A stretch of DNA of 64,000 bases. Origin: Eledone cirrhosa (lineage: Eukaryota). The stretch covers positions 114,700,001 through 114,764,000 of the forward strand of contig OZ024743.1 in the NCBI GenBank assembly GCA_964016885.1, given 5' to 3'. The notes beneath the pieces were generated by a model that saw only the letters and a program-made list of their open reading frames with translations, ran no database searches and was not told where the DNA came from. The position numbers and the translations under genes are program-made. Below, one piece after another: positions 44,851-57,536 of the stretch; within the stretch, counting starts at the first letter, position 1; every line of letters starts with the position of its first letter.

Positions 44851-46622
44851 CCCCCCCCCCCCCCCATTACTACCAATCCCCCGCCATGTAATTTCTAATA
44901 TTAGTAGGTCGAGAGAGCCTGAGGGGTTCTCTCGTCGCTTGGTTAACCTCAATTATTTTACTGGTCTCTAGGTCAGACCTTAATTAAAATAGCTATGATA
45001 AAAAAAATCTTGTAACAGTGATAACGCTTTCTTTTTAAAGATATATAACACTAGACATTCCAATATATCTTTTCCTTATTAAAGAAACTAGTGTGTGATT
45101 TAAGAGTGATTTCACCGATACTTCGAGAGAGATGGATGACCACATAAAGCAGATTTTCTAAACATTACTATGTCCCACCACGGAACCTAGAAATGAACAC
45201 CTTATGAAGATAACGGCATTTTGGTATTAAAAATACTCAATGTAAAATTTAGAAATGTACCCCAAAAATAAAGATTGAAATTAAAATCTATATTTACTTT
45301 AATTTTACAAATTATAGCTCTCCAGCATATTCGAATAACCTCTTCCATTATTAGGATTACTCATTGAGGGATGTATGCTTCATATTTAGAATAACTGACG
45401 TAATGGCTCCGTCGTTGGCAGCAAAATGAAAGACTTGCATATTTACAGAAATTAATCAAACTTTACGTCGAAGTTTACTACAAAATTGAATAGTACACAG
45501 TCATAAAATAACAATGGCATTGGTTATGAATAATAATGTACTCGTTCGTCGATAAACACACGATTAAACTGTCTATACGTCACATGCAATAGAATTAAAT
45601 CGTATAGGAAAATAAGGAACTTTAAATTTATTATAGACATTTTGTAGAGTTTTACCTGATGGCTTGAAATTAGAATATTTGTAATTGAAATCGTAGGTTT
45701 CAGACAATAAACGAATTCAGTTGTAATTGATTGATTCAGAATTGAAATGATATTCACAATAATTGAATAAGTCCTCTCAAGGGAGGTTGCTTTGATTTAT
45801 CAGATATTAGTGTTAAGGCATTTGAAAGATATAAAACCGTCATATAAATTGAGAAATATTGGTTTCAGATGTCTTTGCGCCTACACACATTAACATAGAA
45901 ACTTCACAGAATAAGGAGGCCACTATGCAATTATTTGAGACACCAAAAATAGGAGCTCGATTGTCCTCAAATCCCACAACACAAAACAGGGAAGGCAGTG
46001 ACGTGTAGACTCGTTTGTGATACGCCAGAAACAAAGATAGGAAGAAATTAGAACGTCTCAGTTTCAAGACATTTGGAAATAAGTATTGGCGGACATGTTT
46101 CAACTTATGGCAATAAAAAACAGAAACAACACAAACAGTCTACAGAAAAAGAAGTGTCGATTTGTCTTGCTTAGAATTCCCCAGGAAATAGAAAAAATAC
46201 ACTATATCATTAAATTATTCAATACAGATATTGAACCATGCATTTAAAATGTTAATAAATACAGAAATAAGCACATTTGAAAATGTGGTAAGCCTGAAAG
46301 CTATATTTGTGAATGCAGTGAATAATGAAAAGAAAAAAAAATCAATTGAGCTGAAAAATAAGATTTATACTTTGTAAGAAGATTGCTCTATTCATTCTAT
46401 TATAGAATATTACATTTTTTTTATTTACTGATACTGGAGAAATAAAAGTTAATGTGATCCTCCAGAGAAGTTTGAAGTAAAGATCAAATGTTTTAATACC
46501 CTTGAGCATGAGAGTTGGAACCTATTTTGCGGCATATTGGGTATGTGTGCATACACACACAAATACGCAGACACACATATACACACAGAGACATGCACGC
46601 ACACATATATATATAAATGCGC

Positions 46623-46688
<66 letters not shown>

Positions 46689-46717
46689 GTGGTTACACAA
46701 CAGTTAGTTCACCATAC

Positions 46718-46755
46718 CGAGAACAATTGTTTCACCTTAACGGATCCTCAGCTCG
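46718..46755 (-). ncRNA. Minimal type I hammerhead
   Basis: Reverse strand: cgag-CTGAGGA-tcc gttaa ggt-GAAAC aatt GTT-ctcg. Confidence 0.8.
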
Positions 46756-47325
46756 TAATGGACATGGTTATACGGATCAGGAAGGACAACCGTACGAACG
46801 CGCATGCGCAGAAACGATCACTTCACACAGGCAATACGAAATTGCGTGCGAGAGTTTTAAGGAAGATAACTGCGAAAGTCCGAATGTTTCTAGTTGATAA
46901 GAAAATTAGGATGTTGTTGTAATTCAATCGGTAGCTTTGTAGTTATGTAAGAGATGTTTCCAGACGTGTGGACAACGTGTGAAGAATTCATTACTCCAAT
47001 TTAGGCAATCACTATTGCGTCACTCTTTAGAATATTTATTCGTTCATCAATACATAGTCCTCATGACGGATTGCCCCTTGAGGATGGCTTGGACTTAGTG
47101 ATAGCTTTCCCTTGAATAGAGTAGTCTATACTTGAGTCCTTGCCGTATTGGAATACTTGTGTATCTCAAAATTATTTTTGAAAAGCATTAGAAATGCGCA
47201 ACCGGTAAAACTTAAAACCAAAACTGAATACTAACCAATAATATTACTAATTCTCACTTATTCCTAATTAAACTATTTTTCACTATGAACAATTTGTCAG
47301 CATTTTCTATTCCGTTTACCAATAA

Positions 47326-47373
<48 letters not shown>

Positions 47374-47375
<2 letters not shown>

Positions 47376-48081
47376 CGAAGGAAATGTGGTAAGGAACCAG
47401 GTGGACCATAACGCACCAAAGTACTCAATACTTGAGGTAGTAGAGTGGGTAATAGGAACCAGTAAGACCCCGACAGCTGAGCTCAAGCCGTTTCGACGGC
47501 TAATTCTGGACTAAATGAAAATTTATCCTGGTATTTAAATAGCCGATCTTCTCAAGGGGTAATTCCATATATGGTCAAAGTTATTGTCAAAAATCAGTAG
47601 TAATTCTGTGGTTGCAAATTAGTAGGGGAGATGGTGGCTAAACCTGCCAGTAGGAGAAAGAGGGGAGGGGGTGGAGTAGACCCAATCAAGCGTTGGTAGT
47701 GCCAGCTACAGCTGGGCATGAGGTCAAAGAAGATACAGGGGAGGGGGAGGGGGAGGAAGTCGGAACGGTAGGTAGAACAATGGGGGGTAGAAATATATAG
47801 GAAAGAAAAAATACTGAGAGTGAAGAAAAGCAAATAAGTGTAATAAACGCTTGATTGGGTCTACTCCACCCCCTCCCCTCTTTCTCCTACTGGCAGGTTT
47901 AGCCACCATCTCCCCTACTAATTTGCAACCACAGAATTACTACTGATTTTTGACAATAACTTTGACCATATATGGAATTACCCCTTGAGAAGATCGGCTA
48001 TTTAAATACCAGGATAAATTTTCATTTAGTCCAGAATTAGCCGTCGAAACGGCTTGAGCTCAGCTGTCGGGGTCTTACTGG

Positions 48082-48084
<3 letters not shown>
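47374..48084. mobile_element. Inverted pLTR pair in (TA)n with ~239-bp arms
   Basis: 47456-47694 and 47846-48084 appear to be exact reverse complements; each arm carries an HHR. Confidence 0.92.
47980..48073 (+). ncRNA. Type I hammerhead, U3-A8 core, long stem II (mirror at 47467-47560 -)
   Basis: acccc-TTGAGAA-gatcggcta...tagccgtc-GAAAC ggct tgagctc agct GTC-ggggt. Confidence 0.82.
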
Positions 48085-48143
<59 letters not shown>

Positions 48144-48205
48144 TATATAAATATATATATAAATATATAAATATATATATGTATATGTATATATATATAC
48201 ACATG

Positions 48206-48277
<72 letters not shown>

Positions 48278-48684
48278 TATTTCTAATTTATTGATACACT
48301 TTTATAAGTATGTCGAGATTGACACTTTCATTTAATTACTATACTCCCTTACCTCTTTTACTTCCGCATCTAAATGTAAGTGTGTGTGGGCGTGTTTATG
48401 TGAGCGCCTCAATATTCATATACTTGTGATATATATATATATATTCTGTCTGTTGATTACAGACATACAGATACATTAGCTCTAATTTTATATTTACATA
48501 CACTTTTTCACTATACGTATACATATGAGCATACACTTTTATGCACATCTGTGAGCGTATTTACATACATATATACACACCTAACTGTATTTTCTTGATA
48601 CATTTTTATTTCATTGGTCTATTCAAAATCTGTTCCCAAACAGACCTATTATTTTGAATTGTTGTTATTATCAATAAACAAGCA

Positions 48685-48825
48685 TCATTATTTCTGAAGA
48701 CAGCATATATATGTGAAGGTATGTATATTCTCTCTGATAGTTTGTATAATTTTGTACATAGATCTTTTGAATATGCATACCAATTCTAACACATATATGT
48801 CCTAGAAACGATCGTAAAATAATGA
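48685..48825 (+). ncRNA. Type I hammerhead with ~100-nt stem II extension
   Basis: tcattattt-CTGAAGA-..catatatatgtg...cacatatatg..-GAAAC gatc GTA-aaataatga; 9-bp stem I. Family also present as an inverted pair at 54340-54735. Confidence 0.7.
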
Positions 48826-49019
48826 ACTTTTTTTGTTTAATATAAGGAACTGTTTCTTTGCTTATTCATTATTTTTTTAATAATATATCTTGACTCTGTT
48901 TTCCGTTTATCTTTCACCGAAAGTGATTTTTGAATGCATCTCTTCTTTTCATGATATCCGGATTACATTGAGTTCTTCATACGGATTGGAGACTACCGTA
49001 AATTTTTGGTAGATTTATC

Positions 49020-49182
<163 letters not shown>

Positions 49183-49204
49183 AAATATAAGAAAATGATT
49201 TTTT

Positions 49205-50100
49205 TATGTCCCACAAGATTGGAAGGATGCGCTCATGGTGATTCTCCATAAAGGAAAGGGTGGGAAGGACAAATGTTGTAATTATCGTGGCATATCACTT
49301 CTTTCAGTAGTAGGCAAAGTTACGTGTCGAATTTTGATGGATAGATTGGTCTGAATGTGTTGCCTGATTTGCAGTGTGGGTTCAGAAACGAAAGGGGAAC
49401 AGTGCATATGATCTTTTCTACTCAGCAGCTACAAGAAAAATGTATCGAACAATGTATGGACCTATACCAAGTCTTTGTTGACTTGACAAAGGCCTTTAAC
49501 ACCGTCAATCGAATTGCATTGTGGAAAATTTTGGATAAGCTTGGCAGCCCTCTAATGTTTGTGAAGATTCTGCGTCTTTTTCATGATGACATGAAGGCTT
49601 GGGTCAGTATTGGTGGTAGCATCTCTGAACCAATATCAGTTGAAATGAAGTGAAGCAGGGAGGCATTCCGGCTCCAACTCTGTTTTCCTTATATTTTACG
49701 ATAGTATTTCTCATGTTTCTCATACCGGGACTGGAGCACCTTGGCTTGCGCTTGAATTTCAGCTGACAAATGGGAAAAAATGGCTCAGGAGAGTGTGAGA
49801 TGGAGACATTTGATCAGTCAGGAAGTGAGAACTTTCAAACTCGCATAAGAGAGCATCTAACACAGACAACGAAGGTGAGGAAAAGGGATTGTTCTTAACT
49901 GCTTGCTGTGGAACAACATCTAGTTTGCCAGCACTGTGGTCGGGTCTGCCTGAGCAAAGCTGATTTGATTAGACATGAAGAAAGTCATATCAGTAGACGT
50001 CAAGTAGATTATGTTCTGAAAAGGTGTAAGGAATGTGGCAATAATGTGCAATCATGGGAGGCCTTAAAAGATACGTGAGAACACACAGTCAGAACAAAGC
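49205..50100 (+). mobile_element. Internally deleted RTE (BovB-like) fragment
   Basis: NYRGISLLS..GK, QCGFR..RGT, QLQEKC, FVDLTKAF, then a C-terminal C2H2-like CQHCGRVC...LIRHEESH; contains stops. Confidence 0.8.
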
Positions 50101-50887
50101 ACCAAAATCCGATTTTGACACTCGGGTTATGGTGTTTTACACTTCACTCTTGCCTCATTTGCTCTTAAACGCACTACCCCATGATAATGTAAAGATCGTA
50201 ATCTTTTGCATTTCCCGATTCTGACACATAGCCTTTATACTTCAGTCAATATTTTCCAAATTTTTCAAACTTTAATATTGGCTATAACACACACGCACTT
50301 TATTCTTCTTTGATATTTGATATTGGCTATAACAAACACGCATTTTATTCTATTTTATTCATTTATTTATTTATTTTTTTACTTCTTCATTTTATTGTAT
50401 CGTATCTTATTATTTTATTATTTATTTTATCTTATTTTTTTTTTTAAATATTTTATTTCTTCATTTTACCTTATCTGATTCCATATCTGTTTGGCACCCC
50501 CACCACGTGAAAGGGTGGTAGGATTGATGCCAACCCACACATACTCATTCTTCTAAAGACAGCAGCAGTAGAACTAAGGCTGACCTGCCAGCTGAGCCCC
50601 TAACACCAATAAATACAAGGGAGGAGGTCAGCTGTACTTAAAAACAACCACAACAGATTGTCTTGCCTCAGTAAAAGATTTATATAGACTTTTGACTGAG
50701 GAATGTTCTCACAACTGACCAATGGGAGGAGAGAGTGTCCAATGATGCCGAAATTCGTTTGTTTGAATTCATATGATTCCAGTTCCTCAGAGAAATAACA
50801 ACCCAACCAGGAGCTGGACATATCGGAGTATTGACGAAGTAAAACACTTTAACAACATGTGTACCTGTCTCTACCACACCAATTCGG

Positions 50888-50942
50888 ACTGCCTGAAGAG
50901 GTCACAGCCAATGATGACTGTCACCGAAATATATATAGCAGT
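50888..50942 (+). ncRNA. Type I hammerhead ribozyme
   Basis: actgc-CTGAAGA-ggtcacag..ctgtcacc-GAAA tatata TA-gcagt. Confidence 0.85.
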
Positions 50943-51092
50943 ACATCTTTAATAAACGAAGCCAAATCTTAAATATTTGACTTAATTACTTTATTTTACA
51001 GTACTCCGGAGTAACCAAACCAACCACCGTACTTCGTCGAGTGCTCCAATCTGCATACTGAGGTGTCGGTAAACAACCAACATATAATCAAA

Positions 51093-51149
<57 letters not shown>

Positions 51150-51152
<3 letters not shown>

Positions 51153-51350
51153 TTAGTATAGATGAGATTCTACAGGACTAGAACTGTTTCATTCTTTAGA
51201 AATCATCAGGAATCGGAGATTCCTGATGATTTCTAAAGAATAAAACAGTTCTAGTCCTGTAAAACCTCATCTATATTAAAACTTTTATACTCTGCAATGT
51301 ATTGAGTACCTTACTTACTGTGGTTACCTTCGACTCAACCCGGAATAACG

Positions 51351-51351
<1 letters not shown>
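51150..51351. mobile_element. Palindromic pLTR remnant with back-to-back HHRs
   Basis: Arms 51150-51214 and 51218-51283. Minus strand: gattc-CTGATGA-tttctaaagaat-GAAACAG ttctagtc CTGTA-gaatc. Confidence 0.8.
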
Positions 51352-51369
<18 letters not shown>

Positions 51370-51385
<16 letters not shown>

Positions 51386-52199
51386 AGTGTATTTTGCAAT
51401 ACACTGTATGCTTAATTAAAAGCCTTTCGAAGACCTTACGCTATTGTTTTAGAGTAGTCACAGACTCGCTTACTTTAACTTTTCAGCAAACAGGGTAGAT
51501 AAAGCTGACAGAGCTCTGTTTCGTACTTTTTGGTACTTATCAAAGCTAAGTACTCCACCTGTTTGCTGAAAATCATGAATGTTTGATTCTTATAGAATTC
51601 TAGTAATAATCAGGAACTGATTATACAGAGCCGTTGCCGGTCAAGCAGAAATCGAAAATTAGAATTAGTGCTCTGAAATAGCGATATATATATGAATGTA
51701 TATACAGTGTATTTTGCAATACACTGTATGCTTAATTAAAAGCATTTCGAAGACCTTACGCTATTGTTTCAGAGTAGTGACAGTCACTTACTTTAACTTT
51801 TCAGCAAACAGGGGAGATAAAACTGACAGAGCTCTGTTTCGTACTTTTTGGTACTTATCAAAGCTATTTCAGAGCACCAATTCTAATTTTCATTTTCTGC
51901 TTGACCGGCAACCGCTCTGTATAATCAGTTTCTGATTATTACTAGAATTCTATAAGAATCAAACATTCATGATTTTCAGCAAACAGGTGGAGTACTTAGA
52001 TTTGATAAGTACAAAAAGTACGAAACAGAGCTCTGTCAGCTTTATCTCCCCTGTTTGCTGAAAAGTTAAAGTAAATGAAACTGTCACTACTCTAGAAAAA
52101 TAGCGTAAGCTCTTCGAAATACTTTTAATTAAGCATACAGTGTATTGCAAAATACACTATATATAAATTCATATATATCTCGCTATTTCAGAGCACCAA

Positions 52200-52205
<6 letters not shown>
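51370..52205. mobile_element. Retrozyme-like element, 318-nt period, tandem + inverted, three U3-A8 HHRs
   Basis: HHRs at 51503-51547 (-), 51821-51865 (-) and 51998-52041 (+): agct-TTGATAA-gtac caaaaa gtac-GAAAC agagctct GTC-agct. Confidence 0.88.
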
Positions 52206-52289
<84 letters not shown>

Positions 52290-52334
52290 AGAGTATTGAA
52301 GTTTGCTTGAAGCATTGTGGAATAATAAACACAT

Positions 52335-52601
52335 TTGGTCGTTTTGAGAGCCTGAACAATGCAGATGGATAAATCTCTAGGTAACAGAATCCGGTGGTGA
52401 AGAGTGAGATGTATGAGGAAATATAGAATGAGACGTATAGTGTGTAGAGGAACGTAAGAAAGAGCATAAAAAACGCTCTTTCCTACGTTCCTCTACACAT
52501 TATAGGTCTCATTCTATATTTCCTCATACATCTCACTCCTCACCACCGGATTCTGTTACACAGAGATTAACCCATCTGCATTGTTGAGGCTTCCAAAACG
52601 A

Positions 52602-52604
<3 letters not shown>
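52335..52604. repeat. ~130-bp-arm inverted repeat in (TA)n, probable pLTR inversion
   Basis: tggtcgttttg...gaaagagc ataaaaaac gctctttc...caaaacgacca. Confidence 0.85.
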
Positions 52605-52662
<58 letters not shown>

Positions 52663-52664
<2 letters not shown>

Positions 52665-52853
52665 ACGAAGGAAATGGGGTAAGGAACCAGATGGACCATA
52701 ACGCACCAAAGTACTCAATACGTAGGGTAGTAGAGTGGGTAATAGGAACGAGTAGGAATCCGACGGCTGAGCTCAAGCCGTTTCGACGGCTAATTCTAGA
52801 CAATTAGCCGTCGAAACGGCTTGAGCTCACCCGTCGGGGTCCTACTCGTTCCT
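52663..52853. mobile_element. Inverted pLTR remnant, family of 47374-48084
   Basis: gagctcaagccgtttcgacggctaatt ctagac aattagccgtcgaaacggcttgagctc. Confidence 0.85.
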
Positions 52854-52877
52854 ATATATATATATATATATATATAT

Positions 52878-53483
52878 GGTAGATGCCAACTCGTTTTCGA
52901 GTACGGCCACTACTTTATATCCATGTAGGAGAACCCCCACCGATGCGCTGAACGAGTGTGACCTTTTAGTCCAGCCAGCGACTTTAAAACACTGGTACAA
53001 ACACTACACTTGTGACAATTATTGACACATAGTGCTGGGACAATGGTACCATGTGACGAGAAGTGCAGAGAGATCTCCAGATATAAAGCAATGCCTGTGC
53101 CGTGAAGCTTTTATAGTGAGCAAAGGCACTCCTCAAAGCCAGTCCCACTCTCTTAAACAAGATGGTATTTACCAAAGAGAAGAACAAGTCAACATCATTG
53201 GATACCATAAGGGTTGCAGGTGTTATATCAGAGTTTTCCTTCTCCTAGAATTCTGCCTTGACAAAGGCTAAGGGGTCATCTCTCCCGTGATTTTGGATGG
53301 CCATTACTCTTAAGAGCTCCTTTGCCCTTTGACAGGTTTTGTTTTTAGTCCTGCAGGATGTCCAAAGTTACTCTCCTCACCAAGAAACCTTGGTGGGGTT
53401 GCCAGTTTAGTCGCCAACGACCCGACCATGAGACAGGTTGCACTGGGATACATGTTACCAGTAGCACCAACTGGTGACCTGAC
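52878..53483. mobile_element. ~608-bp non-coding element, full copy reversed relative to 212-819
   Basis: End-to-end reverse-complement homology with 212-819. Confidence 0.88.
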
Positions 53484-53684
53484 ATATGTATATATACATA
53501 TATATATATTTGTATAAATATATAGAAAAAATATAAATATATATAAATATATATATGTATATGTATATATATATACATTCTCTCTCTCCCTCTTTTACTC
53601 TCTCCGTCGCCGTTCCCTCTCACTATAATAGATCATTCCCCCTCTCTATAATTTAACTGCTTAAGTCTTCAAATTTATTATTAT

Positions 53685-53725
<41 letters not shown>

Positions 53726-54339
53726 TTCAAAATACTAAAAAAATATAGACATTCATGTGATCAAGTATATTTTATTATACATATTTCAGAGGTACTGAGC
53801 TATTTTCAACAATACGTCCTCATCAGATAAAATACGTTGATACCATAGACAACGGCACCACTACCACACCCCCACCCTCACGCCAACCCGTCTACTGACA
53901 ATCCACTAACCTCATACCACAGCCCATCCCACTAAATAACCATAACCACCACCATATCATCATATCCACCCCCATATACTCTACACGCCAAGGCCAACCC
54001 ACCACCACCACACCACAGCCCACCTCATCCACCGACCGTCACCAACATCTCACCATCACACCCACCCCCATATACACTACAGGCCAGTACATCGCCTTGA
54101 GCCTTCCCACCAATCAAAACAACTCATTTTGTCAAACTCTTGCAACTCTGACTTTACCACATAGCATGTATTTCGTTTTCTTATAGCATTTTAAGAGGGT
54201 CCGTCGAGCTGCCGATTATTGAGTCGGGTAGGATCGATATAGATCGAACCTTGAGCTGATCAGTGGCGAAACGCGCGTCACCTATCAATAAATGCAATGA
54301 AGGAATAATCAATCGTCCTTTTTATCCTTTCTATATATA

Positions 54340-54735
54340 TATGTAGATAAATCTACCAAAATATACGGTAGTGTCCAATCCGCATGAAGAACTCAATGTA
54401 ATCCAAATATCATGAAAAGAGAAGATGTATTCAAAATGTTTTCGATGAAAAACACAGGAAAACAGAGTCAAGATAAATTAATAAAAATAATGAATAAAAA
54501 CAAAGAAACAGTTCCTTATATTAAAAAATTCATCATTTTACGATCGTTCTAGGATATATATGTGTGTGTTGGTATGTATATCATGTAGATCTATGTAAAA
54601 TGTAAACATTTTACATAGATCTATATGATATACATACCAACACACACATATATATCCTAGAACGATCGTAAAATGATGAATTTTTTAATATAAGGAACTG
54701 TTTCTTTGTTTTTATTCATTATTTTTATGAATTTA
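54340..54735. mobile_element. Inverted pLTR remnant, family of 48685-49022
   Basis: Palindrome centred near 54604 (gatctatgtaaaatgt aa acattttacatagatc); tail homologous to 48800-49022. Confidence 0.82.
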
Positions 54736-55105
54736 TATATATATATATATATATAATTAAAGGTTAAACAAGGTTCAATGAATAAATAAATGAATAAAGA
54801 ATGAATTGAGAGCGAAGAGCGACAGAGAGAGTAAAGCAGTTAAATTATAGAGAGGGGGAATGATCTATTATAGAAAGAGGGAAGAGCGACGGAGAGAGTA
54901 ACATACATATATGTATACAGACGTTCAGTAGTATGTATAAATATATATATATATATATATATATACATGCACAAACATATATATGTACGTATGGATTCAC
55001 TGAACATGTATTATAATGCTCTATGTGTTTGTAAACAAACATCCCGAATTAAGCCGTACAGTTTCTAGCAACCATCGTTGCTCATTTGTTCAACACTGAC
55101 AAAGG

Positions 55106-55150
55106 AACGCTGTAATAGTTTCAAGCTTATTAGCTATCGTCAGCAACGTA
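55106..55150 (-). ncRNA. Type I hammerhead, homolog of 8085-8129
   Basis: Reverse strand: acgttg-CTGACGA-tagc taataa gctt-GAAAC ta TTA-cagcgt. Confidence 0.7.
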
Positions 55151-55405
55151 TACCTTCCTGCCAGATGGTTGAACGTCTGAAAGTATATACTTTCCTTATG
55201 CATATTAACGGCTGAGCAGCCTAATTTGCATATCGAGTGAGTTAATCGGCCTGGGGTACCGAAAACGATAAACGGAAAAAATGAAACGAAATTTCATTTC
55301 TCACTCTTAGTACGTCTGTAACATATATGTATGTACGTATACATACTTATATTTAAGTAACAGCCGTACTAAGAGTGAGAAATAAAATTTCCTTTCATTT
55401 TTTCC

Positions 55406-55442
<37 letters not shown>

Positions 55443-55766
55443 GTTATAGTTCACTTGAAGCATTGTGTAATGAGGTATAAACGTTTGAATATGTGTAATA
55501 AAGCCAAAACAATGAAGGTATGCCATATAACAATGCAATATCTTTTACAATTGCATTCTTTTTTCTATAATATTATATAGCTGAGTGTCGTGTGTATTAT
55601 GTATGTATGCATCTATGTATCCTGCACACCTCTCTATAGTTTGTTAGCTTTACTCTCTCCGTCGCTCTTCCCTCTCTCTATAATAGATCATTTTCCCCTC
55701 TCGATAATTTATCTGCTTTACTCTCTCTGTCGCTCTTCACTCTCAAATATTATAAAGCTGAGCGTC

Positions 55767-55829
<63 letters not shown>

Positions 55830-56240
55830 CCTCTTTTACTCTCTCCGTCACTCTTTCCTCTCACTGTAATAGATCATTCCCCCTCTTTATAATTTAACTG
55901 CTTTACTCTCTCTGTCTCTCTTTACTCTCAAATATTAAAAAGCTGAGCGTCTTCTCCCTCTCTCCCTCTCCCTCTTTCACCCTCTTTATAATTTAACTGC
56001 TTTACTCTCTGTCTCTCTTCACTCTCTATATGACATCACTCTTCTACGTAGCGTTGTATGTATGTTTATTTCGCCAATTGCGGGATAACATCAAAACAAA
56101 ACACACATACACACACATGCACATACACATATACACAAACACAAACACACATACACATACACAAACTCAGACACACACATATATATATACTTATAAAGCT
56201 GATTGTCGTATGTATGTATGTATGTATGTATGTATGTATG

Positions 56241-56868
56241 TCCCTCTCTCTTAACCTAGATGATATTTACCAAAAAGAAGAACAAGTCAACATCATTGGA
56301 TACCATCAGGGTTGCAGGTGTTATATCAGAGTTTTCCTTCTCCTAGAATTCTGCCTTGACAAAGGCTAAGGTGTCATCTCTCCCGGTGATTTTTGGATGG
56401 CCATTGACTCTTAAGAGGTCCTTTGCCCTTTGACAGGTTTTGTTTTTAGTCCTGCAGGATGTCCAAAGTCACCCTCTTCACCAAGAAACATATATACATA
56501 TATATATACATACATATATGGTGGCTGCCAATTCGTTTTCGAGTACGGCCACTACTTTATATCCATGTAGGAGAACCCCTACCGATGCGCTGAACGAGTG
56601 GGACTGGCTTTGTGCAGTGCCTTTGCTCACTATAAAAGCTTCACGGCACAGGCATTGCTTTATATCTGGAGATCTCTCTGCATTTGTCGTCACATGGACC
56701 CATGGGCCCAGCACTATGTGTTAATAATTGTTACAGGTGTAGTGTTTGTACCAGAGTTTTCAAGTCGCTGGCTGGAGTAAAAAGTCACACTCGTTCAGCG
56801 CATTGGTAGGGGTTCTCCTACATTGATATAAAGTAGTGGCCGTACTCGAAAACGAGTTGGCAGCCACC
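56241..56868. mobile_element. Rearranged pieces of the ~608-bp element, including an inverted end duplication (56520-56868)
   Basis: ggtggctgcc...gaacgagtg|ggactggc...ggcagccacc; junction at gagtg microhomology. Confidence 0.8.
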
Positions 56869-57120
56869 ATGTATGTATGTATGTCTCTATAATTTAACAG
56901 CTTTACTCTCTCTGTCGCTCCTCACTCTCTATATGACAGCACTGATTTAGTTTCCGTATCTCCCTTCAATATATACACATAGAGACAAAGAGAGAGATAG
57001 AGAAAGATTAGGAAAACTACACACACACATCTATAGAGAGAGACAGAAAAACAGAGGGAGAGGAAGGCGAGAGATAGGCCGTTAGACAGAGAGAGATAAA
57101 TTAAAGTGTTAGTTATACAT

Positions 57121-57189
<69 letters not shown>

Positions 57190-57536
57190 GTACAGCAAGT
57201 GAGCGATTTTCCAATGATGTTAAATCAAGTATCGGCATTAAAATAATTTTGAAATAAACAACGTGTATGATCAAATGTAGCAGTGATTGAAAAATAACCT
57301 TCATTTCCGTCGTATATCTTTCATCTGTCGTCGCTCGCATAAGTAACATACACGCGCGCACACACACTCACACACACACACATACACACACCACAAATAC
57401 ACATACTTTCACACCTGATTATGCCAATTGCCGGATAACATCAAAACAAAACACACAGACACACACATGCACATACACACACACACATGCACATACACAA
57501 ATACACACACACACATATCTATACTTTATATGTATG

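Noticed and set aside
45869-46010. Possible terminal exon (tttcag|ATGTC...GTGTAG) and the antisense 87-aa ORF
   Set aside because: Weak polypyrimidine tract, no recognisable protein, no linked exons.
56520-56602. Canonical HDV-like ribozyme
   Set aside because: P1/P2-like pairings exist, but P3/L3, the P1.1 GG and the J4/2 C-N-A-A are not matched. Kept only as an unclassified structure.
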